A DNA stretch of 64,000 nt. Source: Okamejei kenojei. Its lineage: Eukaryota. Positions 37,201 through 51,532 of the stretch are shown here, piece by piece. The notes under the pieces were generated by a model. It searched no databases. It had not been told where the DNA came from and saw only the letters and a program-made list of their open reading frames with translations. The stretch lies in the NCBI GenBank assembly GCA_035221665.1, contig CM069145.1, positions 5,022,001-5,086,000 on the forward strand. The letters are read 5' to 3'. A program made the translations under genes and the position numbers. The first letter of the stretch is position 1. Each line of letters begins with the position of its first letter.

Positions 37201-39120
37201 ATATCTGCGATCATATCATGAATAGACCAATGAGTAATACGCATCCTTTCAATCAATAGTTGCCATATCAACACCCTTTGGATCATATATGTTTGGCCGT
37301 GGGTACAAGGTTTCCATGTTGAAATGCCTATAACAAAAAACTTTGTTCAAAAACTCGTTAAATCCAGAATAATTCTACACCCCCAGTCGTTTTTAGATCT
37401 GGGAAATATATTTGACACAAATTGTTGACTTTGATAGGACAGAAGGCTCAATTACACCTTTCTTATGACCGACTGAATCTCTGCTTGTATAAGACATTTT
37501 CCTCATCTGAAAAATAAGTTTACGACTAGGAAAATGTTGATAGGTAGACTGTCCTTGAGTTAAAATTCAATTTTCACCCCCTTCAATACTACTAGTATGA
37601 ACAAATCTGATGTCAACTGCGGCCTTTGTTTGAGAAACAATTTTACCTTCCCACAATTTGAACAGGAACATCAGTTAATTCATGTTGTCGATGTTTTATT
37701 CCTTACTGCATCTTTCCTTGCGCCTTGTTGTCCTCGACCTCTTGTAGAGAAAGGCACCTTCCCCTTCATGCTGGCTGCCTGCCTTCCGATAATTGAAAAC
37801 CTGAAGGCTCGTTCCTTCTTCCTGCATCCACATTAGCGCCTTTCCAATACGGATAAAACCTTTTGCCTTGCTTGCCAGCCGGCTTAATGAGGGCCATAGT
37901 TTAACATCGTCCATGACAATTTCTTTGGACCTTTTTGCAATGTTACCTCCATAACAACAGATTTGGTGCTGGTACCACTGGGGTGGTCTGCACAAACTCG
38001 CCAAATTGGATTAAGCACTGGCCTAATAGCGGCCCTCTTGATATTATTGATTCAAAAATGGCATTACAAAGGGATTCCCATCTGTCATGGTGTGCTTCAA
38101 CCACATTGCTTGGGATCAATCACTTTTCACCTCCAGCTGGAATACCTGCTGACAATCAAGTTTAAGACTTTTTGAAACTTCATCGCCTGGGTCCTTAGTG
38201 GGTCGGCATAACCATCTGTGACAAATTGGTGATTAATCCTCCGGTACCTTCAGGGAGATCACAATTAAACAGGAGCTTTATTTTTTTTGCTGGCATTACT
38301 TCCATAGCTGGCTCATGTAACTGGTGGGGAGAGCATATACTGAATGGCTTCAGCCAATTCTCCATCAATCGCCTCTCCTGCCTCTCTAGGCTCAGCAAAC
38401 TTCCCAGCAATGTTCGGAATTTATCCAACCGAACTCCTTTACTGCTCTCCCCAGCATGAATCTGTGTGTCAGCAAACTGCACTCTGATGGACATCCTCTC
38501 ACAGGCAGGATAGTTCTGCAGCCCTGAAACAAGTGCTGCTAGGAACACACAGCTCTCCCATCCAGCATGGCTTCTGGGCACCACTTCCTTCTCACGGTGC
38601 TGGTCCCTGTCGAGCTTTTCTAGTAATATCTGACTGGGAGAGAACGTGAGCAAACGAGACTCTCCTATGGAGGGTAATAACCTCCAGGCACGGACTCATA
38701 CTACGGGCCTCTGACAGACTTGCCAGTGAGCCTTCCGCCCTACTGGCAAGCCTTCATTGCCCCCCGGCAGTGGGTCCGCAAACCACCTGGCTGTGTAGCC
38801 GAGCACCGGACCAGGTGTATACAGACGGGCCTCCATCCAATCCCACTCTCTGGTTCCTCTCTTTCTACCTCCTCGGAGCGCCTCGCCGACCACTCTTCAC
38901 TTCTGTCTGAACATATCTCAAGAACTCCAAACCGTCGCCCTGAAATCCTGTGGTAATAAATTTTAAATACCTTAACCTCCGTTTTTAAACTTACCGCTTG
39001 GAGGAAGCGCTGCTGCTCCAAACCGCCCCGAGCCTGCACCAACGTATTGACGTAATGGACGCCACAACGGCTGTTACGGGCTTCTATTCTCGTAGGTCAC
39101 TCACGTGACTCCGAAGTAAA
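34268..39120 (-). mobile_element. DIRS-type tyrosine-recombinase retrotransposon, full length, degenerate (copy 1)
   Basis: Inverted termini plus internal complementary region at 34486-34597; minus-strand relics of gag, RT/RNase H, methyltransferase-like domain and YR (FKLHSTRAAST near 34930). Confidence 0.9.
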
Positions 39121-39289
39121 TTTGTGCTTATTACGTTGCATTTCATTTAGATTTATACATACAGTCCACAGTTCAGAATTGAGCATAACATTAAAAACTG
39201 ACATGTTGGAAGATTCATGATAGTCTGCTATGCTTACTATGAGACCCATACTGCACGATCAAAGGAGGAATTGATGTCCAGGAGCGAGG

Positions 39290-39697
39290 TACATACGCAA
39301 AATTGGAGGAATGCACCTCATATTTTGCTTGGGAAGTTTACAACCCAGCCGCATGGATATTGATTTCTCTAACTTCAAGTAACTCTTCCATCCCCTCTCT
39401 CTCCATCCTTCCCCCACCCAATTAGTTGTACTAGGTTCAGTCATCTTGTTGAGTCTCATTGTCTGTAACTCGTTTTCACCTAGCCCACAATTAACAATGG
39501 CCTGTTTACTTTATCATCCGTACATTTTTGCCTATCTTTCGAGTATTTGTTCTATATCTCTCTGTATCTCTTGTTACCCTTTCCCCTGACTCTCAGTCCA
39601 AAGAAGCGTCTCGACCCAAAACGTCACCTATTCCCTCTCTCTGGAGACGCTGTCTGACCCACCGTGTTTTGCTCCAGCATTTTGTGTCTATCTTCGA
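39290..39697 (+). mobile_element. Penelope-like element 3' fragment (GIY-YIG C-terminus + terminal repeat)
   Basis: HLIFCLGSLQPSRMDIDFSNFK* resembles the PLE endonuclease tail; followed by a degenerate hammerhead motif near 39598-39625. Confidence 0.65.
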
Positions 39698-42600
39698 AGA
39701 TGAATACCGGTTGGGAGGAAATGAGGAAACAGGCAGGGTAATTGGTGATACTTTGGCACATGTAAAGGATGGAATCACACTCTCCTTTTGATCATATTGC
39801 ATCAGATTAATATCGATGTTAGGGAGTATCATTAAAATGGCGAGTGGTCAGACCACCTTCCGTGAAAGGGAGCAAGGTCACCCTAACAGGACAAGGTGAT
39901 CTGCAATTAATCTTTGCCAGTAGAACCCCTCATTTCACACTCCCCAAAGTTCTTTCTTCTTAACAGTCTTGATTTATGTGTAGCCGGATGGATTGCTGGA
40001 GGTAAATTACATGGAGGAGAGCTTGTAAAGAATGTTCAACCTTTCACTTGGACAACATCTAGAAAGACAGATCAAGTTATGCTGTGTGTAGATATGCTCA
40101 GCCTCAGAAAATGTAAGGAAGTGCCATTTTTCTTTAGAACTGATTTTATTACCTGTTTAAGTTCATATGTTCATAGGGCATTTACGGGATTGGAGCAGAA
40201 TTAGGCCTTTCGGCCCATCAAGTCTACTCCGCCATTCAATCATGGCTGATCTATCTTTCTCTCTTAACCCCATTCTCCTGGCTTCTCCCCATAACCACTG
40301 ACACCAGTATTATTCTATGGATTGCCGAACATCTTGCCTATTGTTCATTACAGTGGGGCTCTAATTCCTCCCTTTGCCCACTCATCATGGGCTAAACTTC
40401 ATCAGCTCTGTTCCCAGATTATGCCATTACTTCTGTTTTATGGCGGTGCTGGCTCGAAGGGCCGAATGGCCTACTCCTGCACCTATTGTCTATTGTCTAC
40501 TTCTGGAGCTCCTAAAGTTTGAACTCCTGAATTCTGCCTCCTGGGCAACACCATGACATCATATCTGCTACTGAAATCTTCTTGTGTAGGAAGGGAACAG
40601 CAGGTGGGTTTTACAACCGGAAGATTAGAAACAAAAAAGGATGCAGCAAACCCAGAGGGACAGGCAGCATCTCTGGAGAGAAGGATGGGTGGACGCATTT
40701 AAGGTGGCGACCTTCTTCAGTTAAGAGTCAGGGGAGAGGGAAGGCTAGAGCAAGATGGCTATAGCGGTGCAAGATGGCCTTACTCCCATGAAAACCGCGT
40801 TATTAGTACGGTTCAGGGGCAGATTCGGGTAATTATTGGAACCATTTCAGCAACCACCTCCGGCCTCTTGCTTCCACCATCTTGCGTATGCCATTCTTGC
40901 TTTCCGCCCAAAGATAGTATCTTTGCTTCCGCCTCCGTCTTCGGGTGAGCGACGGCCGACTCGGGGCTCTGAGGCGTTTGTCCCGGCGGCGATGGCCCGA
41001 ACTCGGGGCTGAGGGGGGCCTGTCTCCCGGCAGGAGCGGCCAGACTTGGGGTTGAAGTGCTGTGTCCAGGCGTCGGCGGCGGCCCGATCGGGGCTGAGGC
41101 GGTGTCCTGGCGGCGACCAGCCCGACTTGGGTCTGAGGCTGTGTCCGGGTGGCGATGGCCCGACTCGGGTCTGGGCTGTTGTCCCAGGCGGCAACAGCCC
41201 GATTGGGTGAGGCTGCGAGCCAGTAGACGACTCGTCGGTGCTTGAGGTTCGCAGGTTGGTGGGACCTGTTTTTTCTGAGCTACCGCGGGCAACAGTTCGT
41301 CCATGGAATAGAGGGCGGCAGCTTCGACTGCCCCGGGCCGTGGAGTTTTGAACCGGCCCGTGGGCAATATTGGTGCCATATGCGCTGATGTGTCGTTATC
41401 AGATATTCATTGTTAAAAAGATAAATAAATCACAATAAAAGTGAAAAAGATGTTCCTTCCACAGCGTGAGGAAGAGGTCTGCCCCGATCTGCCACGGCCG
41501 AGACACCAAAAGGTGAAGGTTGCCGGGGAGGTTTACAATGTATTTTTATTGAATGTTGTCCCTTGTTAGTCTGAAATTAAGTTTCTTCATTGGATTTAAA
41601 ATTCGGAAGAAAATGTAAATGTGTGTTATTTTTTACATCAATTTCACATTCATGTATGCGTGTTCTTTCCAGCACCTTCTAATCAGGTTTTTTGTTGCTC
41701 GCTGAATATAACATCCTTAGTTATTCAATTCATTTGTAAATCTGCTCAAAGCATTTAATTTGTGAAATACTTAATTTAGATTACCCACCATAACAGACAG
41801 TATCTCATTCAATCTCGGGTTTGTTGGGAAGACCAGGCCCATTTTATTGTTGAGTAGGAAACAATCTAAATACAAAAAAACCATGAAGTAACATTCCAGG
41901 GCAGATGCAACTGGAATCATTCATATTGCCTTTTTTTTTCCCATATACTGGCAGTAAAGGGAAACAGTGTGATTAGTTGAATGAATTACAGAGTGCAAGT
42001 GTCACTCAACAAAATCAACTAAATCACAGGCATATGAGCCATTTAAAAAGAAAATGATATATAAAATACTATTTAAAAAAGAAAATTACCAGTATCAAAT
42101 ATATAAACTTTTTATTCTTTATCAAGAATTAACAGGAATTATGAATCTAGCCCTTTTTCCACACAAGCAATTGCCCCCCCCCACCCGCAACGGTTTATTT
42201 TACACTGCGAGTCGGTCGGGTTCGGGTCAGGTATGTTCCGGTTTACTGAAAGTGGACGAAAAAAAATGCCCATGTTCCGCTAATTTGCGTTATGCACGGC
42301 AGCCCATTTGCATTTTTCGCAGGAGTGGCCTATCTTGCTCCGCTATAGGATCTTTGGGCCTAGGAGTATGGACGGGTATAAGGTGTGTAATTGACAGATC
42401 AAAGCAGACCGCAGCAAAGGAAAATGCAGAATTTTTCATTGTTAGCTGAGGGCAAGGTGACACCGAGACATACAATCAGTAAAATTAATCAGGACAGTGA
42501 AACTTGTTGGAGAACTAGGGTGGGGGAGGAACGGAGAGAGAGGGAAAGCAAGGGTTATTTGAAGTTAGAGGAGATCATTATGCACCGATGGGTTGTACAC

Positions 42601-45049
42601 TACCCAAGCCCCCAAAATAAAGTATGCTGTGTCCTCCCAATACTCTAAACAGTGGAGGAGGCTCAGGACAGAATGGTCAATGTTAGAATGGGAGGGGGAG
42701 TTAAAGTGTGTTTTAGCATCCGGGAGATGGCATAGAGCCGAGAGTGGACCCTTTCATGTTTGGGCGCCCATATCGTGACCACTTCTGTGCTCTTCGAGCC
42801 AATCCCCCTCCTCCAGCCTCTGTTCTTTTACCTGCATCCTCTTCTACACTGAATCTTGGTTTGCTCATCTCGTTCATCAAGTCTAAAATTTACTACCCCT
42901 GTACTTTTGGCCATTTTCTAGAAAATATCTCTGCCATTTTCTCCGAGAATATATTTTCTCTGCCTTTATCCCACCTGTTGACAGCGCCTTTAGTCACAAA
43001 GGCCTCAGACTCTAATAATCCATCCCTCCTTAGTCTGAAGAGGGTTTGACCCGATAACGTTTCATATGCCCTTTTCTTTTGCTCCATAGATGCTGCTGCA
43101 CCCGCGGAGTTACTCCAGCACTTTTGTTACCTTCGATTTTCCAGCATCTGCAGTTCCTTCTTAAACACCCCTCCTCTTCTTTGTAGGAAGGAACTTCAGA
43201 TGTTGTTTTAAACCAAAATTAGACACAAAATGCTGGAGTAACTCAGGCAGCATCTCTGATGGAGAAGAAAAGGGGATTGAATAAAGGATTGGGTGGGTGT
43301 TATTTCTAGATAAGTCTCTTCTTCAGACTGAGAGTCAGTGGAAAGGGAAACAAGAGATATTGTCACATTTGCCACGCCTCCAGACACTTGAGACTCTTTC
43401 CACGCTCCTCTCCTGAGCTATTAGGAGTTACACCCGCATTTAATCTGCTCCCCTAATCTATCATTTGGTATAGATACCTGAGATCATCACAATTGGGTGC
43501 TGGGTAATCAGTTCTGCATTCTGTTGGTTCGATAGCAGTTCTATGTTCTGTCGGTTCCAGGTCTATATCTTTTGGTTTCATTCGCTGTTGGGTTTTCTTC
43601 AGTACTTCTCGGTGAGCCTGCATTTGAGTCCTTTCCATTTCTGAGCCCGCTGATACGCATATAAGACAATGAGTAGAGGAGATATCAACCAATGAATGAA
43701 AAGATCTGCAAAAAGTTACATTTGTTCGCTGTTGCAAGGTCGAGAATGGAAAAATGGGGTGTGACCTTGGGGGCTGGGGATGGAGAGAAGAGAGAAGGAT
43801 GGTGAGAGGAGATGGGGAGAAAGATAGAGAGAGGGATGGCAAGGGTTACTTGAGTTAGAGAAGTGACGATGCCCATAGCAAAATATTGAGATGCTGTTCC
43901 TCCAATTTTTTTTTTTAACTTTTTAGCCTCACTCTGACAATAGAGGAGGCCTAGGACATAAAAAGGTTTGCGTGGAAATGGGTAGGGAATTAATATGTTT
44001 AGCATCAAAGTCTGTCGTTGGACCATTTAATGGGTCTGGCTGTGGAGGGAACATGTTGTAGATGATCTCTGCTTCTCTCTGAACTCTGTTTTTCCAGTGT
44101 GAGCCTAGATCAAAGTATCAGTTTGGCCCACTCTGGCCAACATGTTCCCACATACACGAGCCATCCTGCCTCATGGTCCATAGCCACCACATACCAGGCC
44201 TATCCATGTAAGTCTGGTTCTTAATACTTGGAATGTAACCTGCCTCAACTACCTCCTCTGCAGTTTGTTCCATACACCCACCACCCTTTTGTGTGAAAAT
44301 AATTCCTCTGGGCCTTGATTCCCTACTCTGGGCAAAGACTGTCTACCACCTGATCTATTCCTCTCATATTGTTTGTACACCTCTAAAAGAACATTCCTGC
44401 ATCCTCCTGCACTCCAAGAATAGAGCCCCAGCCCTACGCAACCTCATCCCCTATAAAGCTCACACAGCTCTCCGTCCCTGCAACATCCTCGTAAATCTCT
44501 CTGTACCCTTCCCAGCTTGTCAGAGCAAAATGAATTTGCTTAATACCATCCACTGTTTGGGTCAAATAAATCTATTCTCTGATACAATCCATTGTCTGAC
44601 ATTTCTAATGCAATGCAGAATTTCAATTTAAATTGTGATTTGCGGTATTGAAAAACGTGGCAATTCTTTTCACAGATACATGAACATTACTTAGTAAATT
44701 GGTGCAGTAAAGTCAAAATCGTATTTGCTGATACTAGTTATGTCCCTGACCTATACGTTGGGTCTAGCCAGTTTGAGATGGAGCATTTTCGGGAGAATTA
44801 GATTATGTGCAGAGGGCAGGGTAGTGTTGAGAGCAAGAGGCTGCAGCAGGACTTGGAATCAGTTGGGAGTGGGCAATGAGTGGTAAATGGATTACGGCAT
44901 AGCAAAGTGTATGCTCATGCACTTTGGCAGAAGGAATGAAGATATTGACTGCTTTCTAAATGGGGTGAGGATTCAGAAATTTGAGGGGCAAAGGGACTTG
45001 TGTGAGCTGGTGCAGGATTCCCAAAAGGTTAATTTGCAATACAAATGTA

Positions 45050-46060
45050 GAATCAAAGAACTGCAGATGCAGGTTCATACCAAAGACAGACAAAGTGCTG
45101 GAGTAACTCAGCGGGTCCGGTAGAATCTCTGGAGAAAATGGATGGGTGACGTTTCGGGTCAGGACCCTTCTTCAGACTGAAAGTAGGGATGAGACGGAGG
45201 TGTAGGCTGGAGGTGAGAAAAGGCCAGGACCAATCAGGGCCAGCCACAAATGACCTTGGGCTGCCTGGTGGGCCAATTGTTGACTAGGGAAGGTGAGATC
45301 TCAAGAGGGAAACGGTATGTTGCAGTATATGAGGCTAGAGGAAGTACATGTGAACCTCTGTCTAACCTGAAAGGACTCTCGGGGTCCCTGCAATAGATGA
45401 GGTAAGAAGAGGTGCAGCTCCCCTTCCCATTCCCAAACACTGCCAACCTTCAACTTTCCTTCCCATTCCCATATTGTGCCAACCATTTAAACACTCCTTC
45501 CTTCCCATTCCCACACTGACCTTTCTGTCCTGGGCCACCACCATTGCCAGACTGACGCCTCACACATATTGGAGGGACAGCACCTCATATTTCACTTGGG
45601 CAGCTTACACCCCAGCGAGATGAACATTGACTTCTCTAACTTCAAGTAACCCTTGCTTTCCCTCTCTCTCCATCTCTCCCCATCCTAGTTCTCAACCCAA
45701 CAGCATGAACATTGAATTCTCTGATTTTAAGTAACTTCATCACATACTCCCCTCCACTCCACCCTCACTCCTTGCCCCCTTCCTCTTCCCTAGTAATTGT
45801 TTACCATTCCACAGTTCTTGACATCTTGAGATCACACCTTCGCCAGCCAACAACCAACCTGCCATGCAACGCCCTCCCTGAGGTTATTTGTAGCTGGCCC
45901 TGTTTGGTCCTGGTCTTTTCTTGGCTCGAGCTCTTCACCTGCTCTCCCCACCCCCTTTCCCCCCCTCCCCAAACCCCTACTTTCAGTCTGAAGAAGGGCC
46001 CCCACCCGAAACGTCACCATCTTCTCCTGACTCGCTGAGTTACTCCAGCACTTTGTGTCG
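45050..46060. mobile_element. Penelope-like element with inverted terminal repeat copies
   Basis: Minus-strand repeat 45050-45300 (hammerhead motif 45148-45175), plus-strand GIY-YIG tail QHLIFHLGSLHPSEMNIDFSNFK* at 45578-45649 and plus-strand repeat (motif 45988-46015); CR1-like sequence on both sides. Confidence 0.7.
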
Positions 46061-46169
46061 ATCTTGGGTTAATTTGCAGGTTGAGTTAGCAGTAAGGAAG
46101 ACAAATGCAATGTTAGCATTCATTTCGAGGGGACTAGAATATGAAAGCAAGGATCTAATGTTGATGCTT

Positions 46170-47030
46170 AGTGGATCCACTAGGGGCGCTGCACTGACAG
46201 CAGCCTCTGCCTGCAGCCCATTTGTTTTTCCATTTTTTTTATTTTTAGTCAGTTAAAAGTCTGTTTTTGGGGGGAAACTTTAACTTTTATATGTGGGGAG
46301 GGCGGCAGGGTAAGGGGGAAACTAACTCCCAGTCGCTTCCTGGCGGGGACGTGACTATTTCTCCGAGTCGCGTCCTCGCCCCCCACCTCGCGGCCTACCT
46401 CCTGGATCAGAGCGGCCTTTCCTGCCGGGGACCGGGAACCGGACCAGAGCTACAACAGCGGCGGCGCTGGAGTCACCACGGAGCGGGCGAGGCCTACCTG
46501 GGTCGCCGTTTGAAGCTCTGGAGCGTTGGGCCGCTGCTCCAACACTGTGGAGCTCTGGTTTAGAGAGCTTCCATCGCGGGCGGTGCTGAACAACTTCGTG
46601 GAGTCCTGGGGCCCTTTGCCGAGGGCCACCAGCGTTGCATCTCCACCCGGCGCGCCCTGCGGACTTTGGGAGCGGAGGACTCCGGTAGGAGGGGGCCGAC
46701 TCGAGGTCCAGGCCGCTGAATGTCGAACTTCCATCACCCCGGCGAGGGGGCCTGGACATCGGGCCGCCCGTAGCGGCAACTGCGGAGGGCTCGGGGATGC
46801 CCCGGCCACGGGTGAACAGTGGGGAACATCGGGAAGAGACTGACTGGTGGGAAATGGGAAATAACAGTGGGAAATTTTGATCCTGCTGTGTGGGGATGTT
46901 TTATGTCGAACTCTATCTACTCCATGTTGTGTTCTTTATTTTTACTGTGATTTAATTTCACTGTGCCAACTGGCACATGTGACAAATAAATGTATCTTGC
47001 ATCTTGTAATTTGTATCTTGTATCTTGTTT
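46170..47030 (+). repeat. GC/CpG-rich interspersed retro-like repeat, family unassigned
   Basis: CpG-rich block ending AATAAA + (TATCTTG)n tail; compositionally similar blocks at about 2170-2630 (-) and 40750-41560. Confidence 0.45.
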
Positions 47031-49412
47031 CCGTGCTGTATCTCTAAGCTAAACTAAATGGGGTTGAGAGGGTAAAATAGATCAGCCATGATTGGATGGT
47101 GGAGTAGCCTCAATAGGTTGAATGGCCTAATTCTGCTCCAGCTTCGTATGGTCTTATGGTCTCGTGGACAAGATAACATAGCATTTCAGTTGTAATAGCA
47201 TCATTATGGAGTGCTCTGAAATATCCCGAAGAAATAAAAGTAATATAATAATAGTATTAGTTACATTGGTCTCTTGAGCTTGGAAAAAGTTGTCACTGAC
47301 ATCATTTCGTCAGAAACAAACAGCCCGGGGAAAAGGTGTCGGGTTATGAGCGGGAATGCAGGAGAATGGGGTTAGGAGGGAGAGATAGATCAGCCATGAT
47401 TGAATGGTGGAGTAGACTTGATGGGCCGAATGGCCTAATTTAGCTCCTATCACTTATGAACTTATGACCTTATGACTCAGAATCAAGCAACATCACAGCA
47501 TCATAACATTGACCTGCTGAGTTCCTCCAGCAATTTGTTTCTTTTTGCTCAAGATTACAGCCTCAGCAGTCCCTTGCGTCTCCATTATTCCCCCACAGGT
47601 ATAAACACGTTCTTATCCAGGCCATCAATATGCAAATACTGAGAATAGTTTACAGCCTGAAGCTAAACAAACCCCACTGATGCAGCGTCTAATCACATGG
47701 GCTACTGCCGTTGATAACGGATCACTCGGTGGATGCCAGCTGCACTTCGTAGATAACTGTTTACTTTCCATCATCAGCATTTGTGGTTGGCATTTGTATT
47801 CATGAATCTTTTACATGAGACCAGTTTTTCCTTTTGAGCAGACAATAACTGTCCTCTCTCACTGGGTAATAGTCTCCGTTTTATTATCCATCAATAATAT
47901 TCACTGTGTTACAGAATATAAAATATCAGCAAGTGGCTATCAGTGGACAATGGCTGTTCATGATTGTCTGCGGCACTTCAGTCATCAAAGTAATGTCCCA
48001 CATTATAGTGGTCTGCACAATAAAAGCTTTTTGTATCCTGGGAGTACATAAACCAGACATTCCCACTATTTGCTTCTGTATATGGTATTAGCGCTCAGTT
48101 TTCTTTGTACTTGTGTAGTTTGCAGTTTCGATATTGGCTCGTGTAAGGAAGAACTGCAGATGCTGGTTTAAATCTAAAGTAAACACAAAATGCTGGAGTC
48201 ATTCAGCGGGTGAGGCAGCATCTCTGGAGAGAAGGAATGGGCGAGACCCTTCTTCAGACTGATATTGATATTTGATATTGGCTCAATATTTAACATTGGC
48301 TCAATCCCCAACCAGCTCACTATCCTGGGATCCTCAAATAACATGTATCAAATGTTGCCAATGCTGATAAATAAACTTGTGAATGTGCACTTGAAAACAA
48401 ATATAAATATGAGATTATAATGAATAACCTGTGCTTTCATGGTTTGAGTCTAAATTCTGTTCTTTGACTTGCATTCAGGGTCTTCACAAAAATACTCTGA
48501 AGAAGAGTCTCGACACGAAACATCACCTGTTCCTTTCTCCAGAGATGTTGTCTGACCCGCTGAGTTACTCCCAACATTTTGTGTCTATCTTTGGTTTAAA
48601 CCAGCATCTGCAGTTCCTTCCTACACAATACTCCTTATAAATTTGAAGTGAATAGTTTTCCATTATATGTGTACATTCTATTGTTATGAATTGTGCATGT
48701 AATAAGGATAAAGCACTAAGTACTTTACAAAATTATTTTGTATCCTTGAAATCGTAGCTTCTGCAATGTGTACCTGTGGAGACGAGAACACTTAACGAGT
48801 GTCTGGAATCTTTTAACAATGAGCAGGCAAATGAACATCAGCCAAAATCAAACAACAAGCCTACTTTTTGAAAACAAATGACATAATCAATTGGGTAAAT
48901 CACAGTGATTTTTAGTCAGCATTTCCATCGTGGATTCCCTAACCTGGTTTGGATACATTTTGCAGTTGTTTGTCTTCATAACTTTGTCTTCATTTTATTT
49001 TGCTCTAAAAACTTTTTGTTATTCAACCTAATGCCAAATAGAATCGCAGACATGGAAACATGGAAAATAGGTGCAGGTGTGGGCCATTCGGCCCTTCGAA
49101 CCAGCACCGCCATTCAATATGATCAAGGCTGATCATCCAGAACCAGTACCCCATTCCTGCTTTATCCCCAAATCCCTTGATTCCATTAGCCTTGAGAGCT
49201 CTATCCAACTCTCCCTTGGATACATCCAGTGATAAAATGATAAAACTGACAACCAAATGACAGAAAGAGAAATGTAATAGAAAAGCCACATGGAGTAAAC
49301 TAGTGTAGTCTAGTTACCTAGTACTACGGAATATTTATTTATTCCATTATTGATTATTGTATTTATTTTTGAATGTTTTATGTTAATAGGCCTGTAATGC
49401 TGCAGCAAGTAA

Positions 49413-50657
49413 TGCCCCTGTCCCACTTAGGAAACCTGAACAGAAACCTCTGGAGACTTGCGCTCCACCCAAGGTTTCCGTGAGGTTCCCGCAGGTTCTG
49501 GTCACTCTCCCTAATGGTGGCAAGTGATTTCCGCGTAGTCGAGGTTTCTTCTATGTTCCTGCGATTATTTCAAAAAAACCAAAACCGGCCTCGACTAAAA
49601 ATAGGTTGCCGTTTGGTCGAAGCCAGTGGAGTGGGGTTGCTATTTATTTACAGGCAGTCTAAGGCAATCTACTTCGCTGACCGGACATTTTGATTGGCTC
49701 ATTGGAGTTTTCTGCAAAGAAAACTTTGGTTTTCAGGGCGTAGAAGATCCGTCGCAAGGTAAAATGCCCGCTAACTTTATTAAACTTCTTAAAACTGTCT
49801 CCACTCCTTCTCCCCCGCCCCCCGTTTCCCCCGTTCTCCCCTTCTCTCCCCTTCTCCCCCCTTCCCCCCCTTCTCTCCCCCCGTTCTACCCCCCCGTTCT
49901 CCCCCTTCTCTCCCTTCTTTTCCTCTTCTCTCCCCTTCTCCCCCCTTCTCTCCCCTTCTCTCCCCTTCTCCCCCCGTTCCCCCCCCGTTCTCCTCCGCCT
50001 TCTCCTCCCTTCTCCCCCCTTCTCCCCCTTCTCCCCGTTTCTCTCCCCCCGTTCTCCCTCCCCGTTTTCTCCCCCCTTCTCTCCCTTCTTTTCCTTCTTC
50101 CCTTCTCCCCCCCCTCCTCCCCCTTCTCTCCCCTTCTCTCCCCCTTGTTCCCCCCTGTTCTCCGCCTTCTCCCCTTCTCCCCCCTTCTCTCCCCTTCTCT
50201 TCCTCTTCTCTCTCCCCTTCTCTTCTCATTCTCTCTCCCTTTCTCTGTCCTTCTCTCCCCTTCTCTCCCCTTCTCTTCCCCTTCTCTCTCCCCTTCTCTC
50301 CCATTCAATCCCCTTCTCTCCCTCCCTCCCGCGCTCTCTAAAGGACTTACCGTGCTCTATGGCAGCCGTTTACCTTCTTCTTCATTGCGCAGACAGCGCA
50401 CCTCCGCTGTCCCTGGTCCCCACCTACGCGATGTGTGTGTGTGTGTGCCGTCAGTAGCAAAGATCCTGTAGGATCCTGTAGGATCTTTGGTCAGTAGATG
50501 CAGCTCACGCTTCGGTCGAGGCTTTCCAGGCAAGTGACCAAAACCTCTGGTGACTCATGGAGAGTGACCGGAACCTCCGGGAACCTCACGGAAACCTTGG
50601 GTGGGGAGCAAGATCTCCAGAGGTTTCTGTTCAGGTTTCCTAAGTGGGACAGGGGCA
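49413..50657. mobile_element. PIF/Harbinger non-autonomous DNA transposon with internal CT-rich tract
   Basis: Long TIRs TGCCCCTGTCCCACTTAGGAAACCTGAACAGAAACCTCTGGAGA...; TAA TSD at 49410-49412 and 50658-50660. Confidence 0.88.
49800..50335 (+). repeat. Polypyrimidine low-complexity repeat (CCCCTTCTCT)n
   Basis: About 530 nt almost exclusively C/T. Confidence 0.95.
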
Positions 50658-51019
50658 TAAGAATGTCATTGTCCCATTGCTGGTACATATGACAATGTAA
50701 ACTCTTGACTCTTAACTCCAATCTTAATTGGAAACCTACAATGGTGATAGATTTGGTATGAATATTATAATGGCAGAAACGGGGTTACACTTAAAAAATC
50801 GACATTCTATGCTTTTTAGGAAGGAACTACAGATGCTGGTTTAAACCAGAGATAGACACAAAAAGCTGGAGTAACTCAGCAGTACACTCAGCTTCTCTGG
50901 AGAAAGGGAATAGGTGATGTTTCAGGTCGAGACCCTTCTTCGGACTGAGAGTCAGGAGGAAGGGAAACAAGAGATATAGATGGTGATGTAGAGAAATATA
51001 GAACAAATGAATGAAAGAT

Positions 51020-51532
51020 ATTCTTGCTATTGAGGGAGTGCAGCGTAGGTTCACGAGGTTAATTCCCAGGATGGTGGGACTGTCATATGATGAAAGAATG
51101 GATCGACTGGGCTTATATTCACTGGAATTTAGGATGAGTGCGGACTTATAGAAACATATACAATTCTTAAGGGATTGGACAGGCTAGATGCAGGAAAAAT
51201 GTTCCCGATGTTGGGGGAGTCCAGAACCAGGGGTCACAGTTTAAGAATAAGGGGTAGGCCTTTTAGGACTGAGATGAGGGAAAAACCTTTTTCACCCAGA
51301 GAGTTATGAATCTGCCGAATTCTCTGCCACAGAAGGCAGTGGAGGCCGATTCACTGTATGATTTCAAGAGAGAGTTAGATTTAGCTCTTAGGGCAAAAGC
51401 AATCAAGGGCTATGGGGAGAAAGCAGGAACGAGCTACTGATTGTGGCCATGATCAGCCATGATCATATTGCATGGAGGTGCTGGCACAAAGGGCCAAATG
51501 GCCTACTCCTGCACCTATTTTCTATGTTTCTA
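51020..51532 (+). mobile_element. CR1-clade LINE 3' fragment nested in a Penelope-derived repeat
   Basis: Same RT C-terminus and 3' UTR as 6930-7435; the minus-strand PLE repeat is interrupted at 51020 and resumes at about 51534. Confidence 0.8.

Noticed and set aside
40813-41379. GC-rich ORFs here and at 2160-2628, 30810-31404 and 46267-46843 as host genes or CpG-island promoters
   Set aside because: No recognisable domains or exon structure; open frames on both strands reflect high GC within repeat-like blocks.
47719-47729. GGATCACTCGG resembling the 5.8S rRNA 5' region
   Set aside because: Only 11 nt match; flanks do not follow 5.8S.
49626-50471. 281-aa Pro/Leu/Ser-rich ORF and antisense Gly/Glu/Arg-rich ORFs
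   Set aside because: Products of a C/T low-complexity tract inside a Harbinger element that lacks stop codons.
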